Positions 38,240 through 51,797 of a DNA stretch of 64,000 nucleotides are shown piece after piece. The position numbers were made by a program, and so were the translations under genes. Positions within the stretch are counted from its first letter, which is position 1. Every line of letters begins with the position of its first letter. A model generated the notes under the pieces. That model did not search any database, was not told the origin of the DNA, and saw only the letters and a list, made by a program, of their open reading frames with translations. The stretch is from Octopus vulgaris. Its lineage: Eukaryota. Location: positions 143,964,001-144,028,000 of the forward strand of contig OX597814.1 in NCBI GenBank assembly GCA_951406725.2, in the 5' to 3' direction.

Positions 38240-38576
38240 GGTAAAGACCCCCTTCGGTCATGAATGACCATGGGATTGCACCTAGAAAGTTACCCCCCTA
38301 GACACAAGTCCGGGCAAGGTTGTTTATGGAAGACCAGCAGTCGCCCATGCATACCACCCCCTCTCCACGCCACCAGTGTTATCCAAGGGAAAGACAAAGG
38401 CCGATACAGCTTGGCACCTGTGACGTCGCAACTCATTTCTACAGCTGAGTGAACTGGAGCAACGTGAAATAAAGTGCCTTGCTCAAGAACACAACACGCA
38501 GCCCGGTCCGGGATTCGAGCTCACAACCTCACGATCGTAAGCTCGACGCTCTAACCACTGAGCCATGCGCCTTCAC
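38236..38576 (-). mobile_element. Full-length SINE family C
   Basis: tRNA head with A/B boxes and CORE-like TTCTTGAGCAAGGCACTTTATTTCAC; matches 16822-17122. Confidence 0.88.
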
Positions 38577-38600
38577 ATGCACCATATATATATATATATA

Positions 38601-39154
38601 TGGTGGCTGACCCCTCGTTATCGAGTATGGCCATTGCACGAAGCTTAATCAATGTTGTTATCGTGCAATGCATGTGCAAGAAGATTTTTTGTTTAAAGTG
38701 AGGAAAGGCTGTGCACTGAGTCAGTCGCACTCACTAAGCAACAGCAGCCATAATCCGAAAAGAAGAACAAGTCAAAATCATCGGTAACCACTGAGCCGCA
38801 GGTTTTATGTCGGAGTTATTCCAGTTACCTGAGTTACCTTCTCCTAGAAGGATGCCCTAACATAGGCTAGGAGTCCTTCACTCCCAATGGTATAACCACG
38901 CGATCGTGTATTCAGTCCGATTATTTCTATGTCCCCGCGCATGATACAGCCTTAAGACATTTATTGGATGGCCGTTGACTCTCAAGAGTTCCTCCGCCCT
39001 TTGACGGGTTTTGTTTTTCATCCCGCAGGGTGTCCAATAAACACCCTTCTCACCAAGCAAGCTTGATGGGTTTGCCGGTTTAGTCGCCGGCGACCCGACC
39101 ATGCAACAGGTTGTACTGGGTTACATGTTACCAGTAGCACTCGAAAGTGACCTG

Positions 39155-39156
<2 letters not shown>
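38601..39156 (-). mobile_element. Non-autonomous RTE-derived element (structured 5' UTR, no ORF)
   Basis: Minus-strand GGACACCCTGCGGGATGAAAAACAAAACCCGTCAAAGG and CCATTGGGAGTGAAGGACT resemble positions 29-66 and 125-143; flanked by TA/CA repeats. Confidence 0.65.
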
Positions 39157-39233
<77 letters not shown>

Positions 39234-39285
39234 ATATATATATTTATTTATATATATATATTTATTTATATATATATATATATGG

Positions 39286-39348
<63 letters not shown>

Positions 39349-39568
39349 CAGTCGTCCCCATATATATGTTGTAAATTTATAAATAAAGGGAAGTGTTGTG
39401 GTATTTTACTCTTCAAATCAGATGATTAATACATGGAAGATAATGATATACCTTGGATATACAAATTTTGTTTGTCTCAAGAAATTAACAACGGATAGGG
39501 TACCATTCGCCCGGATTTACTTAAACTTTATTTTCCTTCGTTATATAGATAGAGAGATAGATAGATAA

Positions 39569-39599
<31 letters not shown>

Positions 39600-39617
39600 C
39601 ATACATACATACATACA

Positions 39618-39651
<34 letters not shown>

Positions 39652-39734
39652 CATACATACATATATACATACATACATGCATAAGTAATACATACATAGC
39701 TATATTGGCATATGTGTATGTGCGAGTATATATG

Positions 39735-39782
<48 letters not shown>

Positions 39783-40334
39783 GAGAGAGAGAGAGACACA
39801 GACAGACAGACAGACAGACAGACAGAGAGATGGATAGATAGAGAGATAGGTAGGTAGATAGACATGAATATAAAGATATACTCAGAAACATACTGACATA
39901 TATATCTATCTCAGACGTTGTTGTGTGGTAAAAAGTTTGCTTCCCAACAACATGGTTCCGTGTTCAGCCCCACTGTGTGACATTTTGAGTAAGTGTATGC
40001 TGAGCCAACCAAATCCTTATGAGTTGATATGGTAGACAGAAATTGGAAGAAGCCCGCCGCACTCACGGACATATATATATTTAATCTTGTACTTGTTTCA
40101 CTCATTAGACTGCGGTCATGCTGACTCACTGGCCTGACATATTTTACTCGAACAACTCGACCCCAGGAGTTATTATTGTTTTAAAGCCTAGTACTTATTC
40201 TATCAATCGCTATTGCCGAACAACTACGTAACAGGGACGTAAACACACCAACACCAGTTGTGAATAGCTGATTGGGGTGAACAACCAAAGACTCAAAGAC
40301 ATACACATAGATATATACATACATAGATATATAC

Positions 40335-40389
<55 letters not shown>

Positions 40390-40951
40390 CACACACACAC
40401 AATTTAGTGGACTGACCACTAAAAGCGGACAGCCTATACGCTAGATATAGACGTCAAAATCGCCATTTTCCACGAAAAATGTGTTCTCAAGAAAAAAATC
40501 AGCAAAAAATTAAAGTGTAAAAATAAGCAAGACAAATGAAAATATACAAAATAAAAAACGATTACCTATGTACTAATTAGTTTCACTTGTTAATATTTAC
40601 GTATATGGGTACGCAATATCTGCAAAATCATCAGCATAGTCTGTCGTTTACAAAACACAATTTCCAGAACTAGATATAGAACGCTCAACCGAAATCCAGT
40701 ATGTATAAAGTTCTACAATTTATATTTATGTGTATCTTTCAAATGCCTTTACTTTGGTACGCTGAGATCGGAAATTACTCTGCAGTTAATAAACTGCGGC
40801 AGTCAATTTACATTTTTTTTTATTTAAAATTAAATAAGTGGTCAGTTCTCTAAATTTTGTATGTTAAAAAATTTTTAATCTTCGGATTTTTTTTAAATAT
40901 GCTAGGCCACTGGTTTTAATTGATTAATATCCATTTCTACCCTAATTGAAT

Positions 40952-40986
<35 letters not shown>

Positions 40987-41404
40987 GACGCTTTTCTTTC
41001 AGTTTCCGTCTGCTGAATCCACTCACAAGGCTTTGGTCGGCCCAAGGTTACAGTAGAAGACACTTGCCCAAGGTGCCACGCAGTGCGACTGAACTCGTAA
41101 CCATGTGGTTGTGAAGCAAGCTCTTTATCACACAACCACGCCTACTCCTATGTATGTATATATGTATATATATTTATAAATGTATGTGTTTGTACGCCTT
41201 TATGTTTGTACTCCACCATCTTTTGACAGCAGGTGTTAATTTACGTCCCTGTAGCTTAGCAGCTCGGCCAAAGGCACGATAGAATAACAACCAGCCTTTA
41301 AAATAATAAGTAATGGGGTCGACTAAACCCTTCAAGGCGGTGCTGCAGCGTAGCCGCAGTCCAATAATTGAAACAAGCAGAAGACAAATGATAAAAGACT
41401 TTAC

Positions 41405-41620
41405 ATATATGTTCAGCAATAGCTTGGAATTCAAGGGCCCAAAGCTATTTAATAGTCTGCCAAAAAAAAAAAATAATAATAAATAATAAAACCTGAGAGA
41501 CCTACAGAATAGGGGTAAATGTTTTCAAGAATCAACTTGACCTCTTTCTATCCAAGGTCCTAGAAGAACCTACATCACGGAAAGAAACACAAAAGACGGT
41601 GGCAATATCGAACTCCTTCC
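41405..41620 (+). mobile_element. CR1-type LINE 3' end interrupted by a SINE
   Basis: Translates as FSNSLEFKGPKLFNSLP..LRDL..VNVFKNQLDLFLSKVLEEP..ISNS, a typical CR1 ORF2 C-terminus. Confidence 0.7.
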
Positions 41621-42028
41621 AAGTCGGCGTGCTGGCAGAAACGTTAGCACGCCGGGTGACATGCATAGCGGTATTTCGTCTGTCGTTACGTTCTGAGTTC
41701 AAATTCCGCCGAGGTCGACTTTGCCTTTCATCCTTTCGGGGTCGATTAAATAAGTACCTGTTACGCACTGGGGTCGATGTAATCGACTTAATTCCTTTGC
41801 CTGTCCTTGTTTGTCCTTTCTGTGTTTAGCCCCTTGTGGATAGTAAAGAAATAGGTATTTCGTCTGTCTTTACGATCTGAGTTCAAATTTCGCCGTGGTC
41901 GACTTTGCCTTTCATCCTTTCAGGGCCGATAAATTAAGTACCAGTTGCATACAGGGGTCGTTCTAATCGTCTCCCCACCCCCAACCACCAAACAAAAATT
42001 TTCGGGCCTTGTGCCTAGAGTAGAAAAG
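41621..42028 (+). mobile_element. Dimeric SINE family A with a perfect 17-bp TSD
   Basis: AATATCGAACTCCTTCC at 41604-41620 and 42029-42045; same dimer layout as 3567-3950. Confidence 0.9.
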
Positions 42029-42458
42029 AATATCGAACTCCTTCCTTCGCCAAAAGCCAATCGCATAAGAATTGTCATTCACTGACAGTACCCAAGCATG
42101 GCCATAGCCTTTGGGCTGAAACGCATCAAAGAATAAAAGAATACACGCACACATACACGCGCGCGCGCTCACATATACACACAATACATATACAGTTAAA
42201 ACATATACGTATGGTAGCTTGCTTAGTGTACTCTATCGAAAACCGCTATTTGGTCCAGGATGTTGTCTTCATATAAACTAAACGAACAATACTGACTGGT
42301 ATAGTGGCCGAAAATCCAACCCATGTTTAATGTTTTTTTTTATGCTTTTTTATTGCTTTGTTGTTGCTCCTATTGTTAAAGCTTTCTGCTTTTCCCTCTT
42401 TTTTTGTTTTTTGGCATACGGTAAAATTAGTGTTGTTACTGTTGTTGTTGTTGTTGAC

Positions 42459-42500
<42 letters not shown>

Positions 42501-42829
42501 GGTGGTGGTGGTGATGGCGTTGGTGGTTTTCGTTGCATCCCCCATGACGACTGAAGCGCTAGAAAGCTATTAAAATTGTCAGCTAGGGCATCATGCGTAT
42601 AGAGTCCATATCAGGTTACCTACGAAATGAGGGCCCATTTTTTTAAAATTTATTTTTTTGTTTTGTAAGCCTCAAAAAAAAAAGATAAATGAAAAAAAAG
42701 TTACCTTTATACGCAGTAACAAAGCACGAGTCGTAACTATGATTCTTACCCCACCGGGCCACGCCATCAACTCTCCTATCCACACCGCCTATCAATGTAC
42801 ACAGTAGCAGTGCTTTCAAATAGCCTATC

Positions 42830-43112
42830 ACCACACTACACTACACCGCAACCACCACCAACACCACCATCATCACAACCACTACCATTACGACGACTAT
42901 CACCGCCATTATCATCAGTATAACCGTCATCAACCTCCTAGCTCTCCACTTCATCATTATCACTATCACCAACTATATCATAGTCATCAGCATCTCCACA
43001 TCCTCCGCTTCCTCCTCATCATCATCACCACCATTACCATCATCACCGTCATCAACATCTTCCTGCACATTACCATCGCCACCACCATCATTATTTATAC
43101 TGTGCTTTTCCC

Positions 43113-43147
<35 letters not shown>

Positions 43148-43360
43148 ATACCACCACCACCATTATCATCGCCATCGTCATCATCACAATCATCACCACC
43201 ATCGTCATCGTCGTCGCCATCATCATGATCATGATCATCATCGCTATCACCGCCAAAATCGCCATCATCATCAAAAATATCATCGTCGTTTGACCACCGC
43301 CGGCTCTCCGCTGCCATTGTCGTCATCATCACCATCGTCATGATCACTCACCATCATTCA
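42830..43360. repeat. Degenerate (CAT/CAC/CGT)n trinucleotide low-complexity tract
   Basis: Compound triplet repeats that give poly-Asp, poly-Ile and poly-Met pseudo-ORFs. Confidence 0.85.
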
Positions 43361-43743
43361 AAGCAGAGCTAGTTGTAAGCAACACGAGCTCCCTTCCCCG
43401 CCGTCCCTCCATACTACATTTACCCTACTCTTTACCTTGACTCACATTTAAATTAACGCTATCATTTATGCTATAACGTTCGCTACTGACTTTTACCGTA
43501 ACGACCACCTAGCCTCCAAAATTTACACCCCTTAGGAAACATTCCATTTCCACAACTTTTTGCTTCTACTCTTATACTAAAATAAAACGAAGTGGTCCTC
43601 CAGCTCGATGTCATAGCCAAATAGTAATGAAACCACACTCTACTGACTTCATGTAAAGAAACGGATTAAAAAAAAATTCTAGTTAATGAAATCGAAAGCA
43701 AGTTTCTTGGTTGGCTTGCACTTTTGATTATAGAAAGGAATAA

Positions 43744-43786
<43 letters not shown>

Positions 43787-43972
43787 ATAATAATAATAAT
43801 AATAATAATAATACCACCACCACCACCACCACCACACCACAATCACCACCACAATCACCACCACAATCACTACCACAATCACCACCACTACCACATGATA
43901 ATGTGTCGGTGAAGAAAATAAGTGAGAAAGAGTGGGTAGCACGCTTCATTTTTCTTTCGCTCCCATGATATA

Positions 43973-44058
<86 letters not shown>

Positions 44059-44064
44059 GGGTGT

Positions 44065-44315
44065 ATTAAATCTCTGAGTGAGAGGTAGAGAGTAAAATAA
44101 ATTTATCAATTAAATGTGGCGGTCCCATAAAGGACGATGTTACTGTTGTTTTTAGCCCCAGGAAGACATCTTCTCTAGTTGGCTAACGACACACTGTCTG
44201 TGTCCGATTAGTATTTGTGAAGGGAGGTCATCGCTCATGTCTCTAGCCTTACATGATACACACAAATTCGGGTTTCTGAGTAGTTACCCGTTTTCAGTGT
44301 ATGATAATAACCAGC
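44065..44315 (-). mobile_element. Diverged relative of the 21838-22240 hammerhead element
   Basis: Shares TAAATCTCTGA, TGTTACTGT..TAGCCC and GTATTTG..AAGGGAGGTCATC; the hammerhead is degenerate (TACA CTGAAAA..GAAA..TT TGTG). Confidence 0.65.
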
Positions 44316-44364
44316 TAGTGGTATATATATACACACACACACATATATATATAAATATACATAC

Positions 44365-44402
<38 letters not shown>

Positions 44403-44477
44403 AAGTGTGTGTATATATATATATGTATATATGTATATATATGTATGTGTATGTAAGCATCACTATATATACATGCT

Positions 44478-44549
<72 letters not shown>

Positions 44550-45529
44550 CATACATACACACACGTACATATATGTGAGATATTATACACACACACGCAC
44601 GCACTCATATATGCACAAATATAAAACTATTTTTGTACACATACTTGCTAACACGCACACTTATACACACATACACACAGTATCTGGGGTTGCATCATGT
44701 TTGTCTTAGTCGTTCCCAAACACTTACCCATCAGCTCACAACGCCATCAGAATATTAAGGGAAATTATTTGAACTCACTCTTTAGTAATAAGTTAATAAA
44801 TAAGTTCGCTTTCCTATATTTTTTCTGTGTCACAGTGTTGAAGTTTATGGCATGTTTTTTTTCTCTTTGGCTGCCAATTTCCAGTCTCTTCAATTTCTAT
44901 TCGAATTGATTTCATATTCGGCGTTATGATATAGTTTTATATGCTAATCAATGCCATGAAAAGATCCAGATACAGATTCGCAAAAATTCCCCAAAATATC
45001 AAAAGTTATGAGGTGTTATATGGCGTGGGTAAAGTAGAATTCTGCCAGTATTTCGTTTGTTTACATTTGACAACACGTACTGTCACGCACAAAATGATAG
45101 CTTCCAAATCATATTTTCTGACTTTAAACTTCTATAACTAATTTTTTAAAAAAGTGAAATATCTCCTGAGATTCAGCTTGGAAAATTACATTAATACACC
45201 AAATTTTAAAATTTTCAATACACTCAGAAATTTCCGCAGATGTTGCCAAACAGAACAGATTAATCGGGGATGTCCTCTTTTTCAATATTCATGCTTCACC
45301 TATTAAAAAAAACCCGGTTTATGTAACCATTCAGTTTGCTGAAATTGGAGCCAAATCTCCCAGCAGTTTCATTCCCTTTAAGGTGATAATATTCATTAGA
45401 AAACTCAACGAATATTACAGACACTCACTTCCCCATCACTAATTGTATTAGTTACAGATCACATGTCCTCCAAATTATGATGTTGTCAGGTTTGCCTAAC
45501 TGCCCGGTATGTACATACGTACGTACGTG

Positions 45530-45561
<32 letters not shown>

Positions 45562-45678
45562 TGTATGTATGTATGCATGTATGTATGTATGCATGTATGT
45601 ATGTATGTATGCATGTGTGTATGTATATTATATCTATCTATCTATATATATACACACACATACATACATATATACATA

Positions 45679-45714
<36 letters not shown>

Positions 45715-46028
45715 TATATATGTATGTATGTATGTGTGTATGGTTGATGAGATCCTAAAACATCTTTACAGCTGTTTCGAATATTCAGTGAATAGTTAAT
45801 ATTAAAATGCATGCAATGCAAATAGGTGTGCATTATGAAGCAATATAAATCAAAATCATATAAGTAAACATATATCAACGCACATTAATCATGACACATG
45901 AGTACCTTCATCCGACAAATACAGAACACTATCTTGGGAAGCAAGAGTAGCAAATATAGACGCACATCTATATATGTGAGGATGTATGTATGTATATATG
46001 TATGTATGTGAAGATGTATGTATATATG

Positions 46029-46089
<61 letters not shown>

Positions 46090-48236
46090 ATACATATGTG
46101 TCTCTATGCATGTGTATACTCCTGTAGATACATACGTTTAAATGTTTATTTCCACAACAATGTCGCTTTTATTCAGCAACAATATCTTCACGCATTACGA
46201 AATATTATTATAATCGCCAACAAGACAATAACAACAAATAAATGCCTTTCTGCCTGTTTGTCTTTCTCTGTCTCTGTCTCTCTCTCTCTCTTACCCCTTC
46301 ACTCTTCATTTATCGTCATCAATGACACCATAGCCAACACCTGTACCAGGAGTGCCATCAGTGTCTTACTCTGAGTTACTTCCCTTAGTTACATATATTC
46401 TTTGCGTTCTAAAGATAGAAGGATATTAACGAGTATGTTGATCATGTCACTCGATAGCGAGTATATATTGCTTTTTATTTGTTTCCTTTAATGACACATA
46501 TTTGTTTAATAAATCTACGCGCTAATATCTATAGATAAATACTGCAGATAATAGATAACTACAGATAAAAGCGTGATTCTTGAATCTGGATATGTATCAA
46601 CATATAAATGGGTATTATAAACACGCATACAGAATTACTCACATGGATATATACGGATTTCAGTATATGCCTATATACCTGAATTTGTTTGTATGTGTTT
46701 GTGTAATTTTAGTAGCCATCAGCCATGTTTTGTAGCTTGAACAAAATTTTGGATGTGCAGGTTGAAATTATAGGAAAAGAGTTATAGACGTTTTCTGTAC
46801 GGTACATAATACAGTATATTATGCATGACTAGAAACAATGGTTTTTTTCTTCTCTGTCATTCATATTGTTTTATATTAAACCACGAACAGGAACATTAAG
46901 ATTACGGTGACACCTTACACCATTATTTTACAGCGTAATGAAAGGGAGACCTGATCATGCTTTACCAATAAAAGTATTCCTTCTGACGTTCTAATTTACA
47001 CTTTAAAGATCAGTCTACATTCGTATATGCTCTCATACTCCCATCATTGTGTCAGCAAATGTCGGCGAGGTCTCAAAATGGGTGACCAGATCTTTATTTA
47101 CGTATAATGAATGAGTTTCCGCATGCATTCCTATTGTGAGCTTTGTTACCTTGAGTAACTTAAGAAAGCTACACCTGCACAGGATATGGATAGAAGACAA
47201 AAACCAGTAAGTAAAGTAATAAAAATAAATAAATAATAAAATACAAAACTTACTTTATACTTAGAAATATCTTGACAGATTAGATAAATAAGAATTGGAT
47301 AATTTCTTGAGCAGATATTTAAATTGTATAAACTTTTATAAAGGTTAACACTATTAAAGCGGGGGAAAAAATCAGCATTGATTCTCTATCATTACACCGA
47401 CTAACATTAACAATGTAAAATAGTAAAGGTTAAACAAGAAAAAGAATAGCTTTGTTGGGGGTATATTACTGTGGAGGAGACGAAAACACAACAATCTGTT
47501 CCAAACATGATTTATTGCCAGGATGCACCGTTAGCTATTCCACAAGTGTCTGTTAACAAGATAAATATCATACAAAATAAGAAAGGTATCCAGCTGTGTT
47601 TGCGGCTTAAGTGTTAAAACTTATGGTGGGATTGAAACCTTATGTACCTACAGCAGCGTTCCCTATGATAAATATTCTCTTGGCGAAGCCTGTTGAAAAG
47701 CCTGACAGATAAAACAGATTTTCAAACGAATGAAAGAGCATCTCGATGTAGTCACTCAACCTACCAGATATAGCAACTAAATCCCAATTGAACTACACTC
47801 TACTAATTTTTTAAAAGGACACGATAGATAATGTAGTCCTGTGCGCATCATAGTAGGTGGAGTTGTTGTGGTTAGAATGCATTGGCTGATCCACTTGTTC
47901 AGTCAGATCCGACTTGGCGCTAAACAGCATGAATGATTACTAATGTTACAGATATTTTTTACGCACTATTTTTATGAAGTAGCCTATATGACATTGGTAT
48001 TTCAAAATAAACGTTCTGACTATAGTCATAAAGGAAACAGTATGACCGGAGTTTCATACTCTTGTCACTTTTGTCAAATATGAACTATTTCAAATCACAG
48101 ATAACGAACTGTAAACCCAAATTCTATGCATCATAGTCTGTCAAGTTTAAATATCATGTTTTAGATAGTTATTAATCCAATGACTTTAGATAAAAAGAAG
48201 TGAGATAAAATACCTCTGCACCTAATAAACACACAC

Positions 48237-48267
<31 letters not shown>

Positions 48268-49246
48268 CATGCAGTCATACATACACACACACATATATAT
48301 ATATACATACATACACACACATATATATATATATATATACATACATACATACGTACATACGCATATATATATCCAGGTCTATTCCTCATTTTTTTAGGAG
48401 GGCTAGCCACAACAAGACACACACCAGGCATTCCATTCGTTTCCCAGCTCAAAGAGGCGAGCCCCATCCTATGCTCGGGTCAAGGCATAGAACGTAACCC
48501 CCAATATCAGTAGCGGGGCTCGACAACAAATGCTGGGTTACCCCCGCCGCATCATGCTGGTTCCGAATACCTTTCAGCAACTTCAAACTCATCCGTCTAC
48601 AAACACTCTCCAAGCTTTCCTATCCTTTATTAACACTCTGCGCCTGATAAAGTATTTGTAAATGTGTTTAAGAGCACCAGTACCAGTTGCAGTTCCGATG
48701 GCTTGTTTCAAACTACGAAGGAATACATTAATACTAATACTGATTTGTGATATACGTAAAAGGCATGAAATTCAAAGGAGAGACTTAGTCGATAAAACCA
48801 TCACCTGTACGTCTGGTACTGTTTCTATCGACTCTAGAAAGGTTGAAATCCCTAGATAAATTCAGTGAAATTTACACTTACAACGTAAAGTGTGAAAATA
48901 TATACCACAAGTATCAAACGATTCTGCCAATCTTTAGAAATCAGCTGAATTTTGCACAAAACAAATAATACGGAAACAGGCAACGTCGATTTGATGAAGG
49001 GAGTGAGATACTGTACGGCACATGCATTTGATCACTATAAATAAATCATTTCTGCAGATCGTTCGGCAAAAAAGGTGAACATTAATACGTCACCTTCAAC
49101 GGGAGAGTCCAGCACACACACACACACACACACACATACACACACACACATGCACGCACACACACGTACGCACACACACACACGCACATTGTTGTCTTAA
49201 GAGGGCTATTACGCGAATATGTTTATCATCATCATCATCATCATAA

Positions 49247-49316
<70 letters not shown>

Positions 49317-49433
49317 TCCTTTCCTCCTTTCGGGGCCGATAAATTAAGTACTAGTTGCGTACTGGGGTCGATCTAATCGACTGGCTCCGTCCCCCAAAAT
49401 TTCAGGTCTTGTGCCTAGAGTAGAAAAGAATAT

Positions 49434-49850
49434 TTTGGAGAAAGAATTATTTCCCACTACTGCAATGTCAACCGGCCGTCGCGTTATCCAGACTTGACAA
49501 GCTCCGACTTGTTAGAGTACCTCAAGGAGATGCTTTATGTCAACAAACTAGAAACCCTGGAGCACTTAAAGGAGAATATCACTAGAGAAATCAGGGAACT
49601 GGGCCTTGCAACCCTTACAGCTGTCATAGAGCATATTTTGGAAAGGGCATGGATGTGTGAACCTGAAAATGGATGCCATTTAGAATATGTAATTTTTCAT
49701 ATGTAATGCAGAGGTATGATGAAAAAGGACTAATGCGAATTAAGCTCTATTGTCTCCTCTATATTGAATTAAAATTTCATACACCTGTTTGTAAAAATAA
49801 GGGAGTTATTAAAAATTAAAACACCCTTCAGTTACTTTTGGGCCACCCTG
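49434..49850 (+). mobile_element. Tc1/mariner transposon 3' fragment
   Basis: Translates as RIISH..RPSRYPDLTSSD..YLKEMLYVNKLETLEHLKENITREI..NGCHLEYVIF; right TIR TTACTTTTGGGCCACCCTG followed by TA. Confidence 0.8.
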
Positions 49851-50279
49851 TATATTCATCTATTCACAGATAATTCCCTTTAATAGTAAAAACTTGTCGA
49901 CTTCAATATAGATCTACATGAATGCAGGTAACAAAACACACATACATTAATCAATTAGTTGAGTAATTAACTAAAAAGTAAATGATTAGTCTATCAATCT
50001 TCTACCTCACAAATGCAGCTCGCAACATTTTACCGCCATTTTGTGCCTTGCATACACTGGTTTAAAATGTTTTACAAGGCCAGATGTTTCAATAGGGGAA
50101 TTAAGTCGATTACATCGATCCCAATGTTCAATTGCTACTTATTTTATTGAGTCCGAAAGGATGAAACGCAAATTCGACCTCGGCGGAATTTGAACTCAGA
50201 ACGTACAGACGGGCGAAACGCCGCTAAGCATTTTGCCCGGCGTGCTAACGATTCTGCAAGCACACCGCCGTATATCTTG

Positions 50280-51797
50280 TCTATATTATAATGGAGAAAG
50301 CTGCTTATTAATTAGGTATGTAACAGTTACTAAAAGAAAGTAATTATTAACGACTTGACCGTCTGGAAATCCTTTTATAAATTCATCTAAGAAATTTCTT
50401 TTAATTTCGTTTCCTTTAATTTCGTTTATTGAATATTTGAGCTACAAGTTTTTCACAAATTTAAATATTCGTTGCATTCACTGCAGAGTAGATTTTCATG
50501 TTTAATAAACAATATTATTCATTTGCTACAGTCTCTCGCCTCTATTTTCATTAATTATAATTTAATATATATTCACTTCAATGTTTTCATTTCAAGTTTT
50601 AATTCGCTATTTCCAAAATACACAGTTTATTCTATACATGTTAGGTAAAAAAAAATATTTATTGAATGAATGAATGCTATTAGACTGTATAACTTTGAGC
50701 CTTATGATACAAGGCACAATTTCAATAATAATATCAGTTTCTGGAGTTTGTAAAATGAATATTTTTGATAAAATGAAAATATATTAATATATACCGTTAT
50801 AATGTTTTTTAAATTAAGAAGTGATTTTGTTGGTATGGCTATCTTGAACGCTATGAGCCTTACAATAATAACTATGCGATCGCTGATATTTCTAGCAGCT
50901 AAACGTAGTTGGGTTACCTTGAAGTTTGTTTAAATTAGAGATATATTACAACTACGATAAATTACTGAAAGAAATATTTACTAAGCAAGTAATATTTTTT
51001 ATGAATTGAAGTTTTCAGGAAAATTTATTTTCTGAACTTCCTTTTATTATTGAATATTTCAAGTTCACAGATTTAAATATTCGGTGCAAGATAGTTTTTA
51101 ACGAGCTTTTACAGGTTTGACTCTCTGGAATTTTATAATTCCTCTGTTAATACATATCGATAAAAAGACAATTTCGAAGCGTCTGTTATAATTTAATATC
51201 ATATATTTAAATATTCGTTGCCATGCTTTATGGTCTCTGCAGAGTAAGTTTTAACATTTGATAAACAAAATTAATATGTTCGGGCGAAATTTTTTGTTTT
51301 CATTTGCAACACAGTCTCTCACTCTCACTCTCTCTCTCTCTCGCCTCTAACTTTTTTCATTAATAATAATTTACTTAAATCATTGCAATTTTTTCATTTC
51401 AAGTTTTATTTCGTAATTTTAGATGAGGATATCAGGTGTTTTGTTGACTTAAATTCGCTGTGTAAATGCCTTCAATTTATTGTTTATACATACTGGAAAA
51501 AATTATATTGGACAACTTGCTATGGCTATTTGATACGCTAGAGGTATTAAAATATCTCAATGTGATCAGTGCTATTTTTGCTCGCTAAACATAGTTGGAC
51601 TGCCCTGATATTTGTTTAAAAAAGAGAGATTATGACTGCAATAAAATAATGAAAGCGATATTTATTAAGCGATTGAGCACTATTATACAAAGAATAATTA
51701 GACGTAAAATATCATTAAAATTATTAGAATTAGAAATCAAATGTGAAAATATTATCAACTGGCTAGCAGAAAACCGCCCGGAGGGTGGCCTTTCTGG
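50280..51797 (+). mobile_element. Non-autonomous Helitron-like element with an internal diverged duplication
   Basis: 5' end TCTATATTATAA; 3' GC hairpin CCGCCCGGAGGGTGG followed by CTGG|T; ~50425-50990 is repeated imperfectly at ~51045-51680. Confidence 0.6.

Noticed and set aside
38500-38576. tRNA gene on the minus strand (also at 17050-17122 and 1790-1860)
   Set aside because: There is no closed acceptor stem and the sequence continues into a repeated SINE body, so it is a SINE head.
42973-43347. Asp/Gly-rich ORF resembling acidic shell-matrix proteins
   Set aside because: It lies entirely in a degenerate triplet repeat that is open in several frames, with no signal peptide or splice support.
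45760-45920. Possible hammerhead on the minus strand (CGGATGAAG ... CGAAACAGCTGTA)
   Set aside because: The core is mutated, the halves are ~130 nt apart and stem I does not pair. It is probably a decayed pLTR but cannot be supported.
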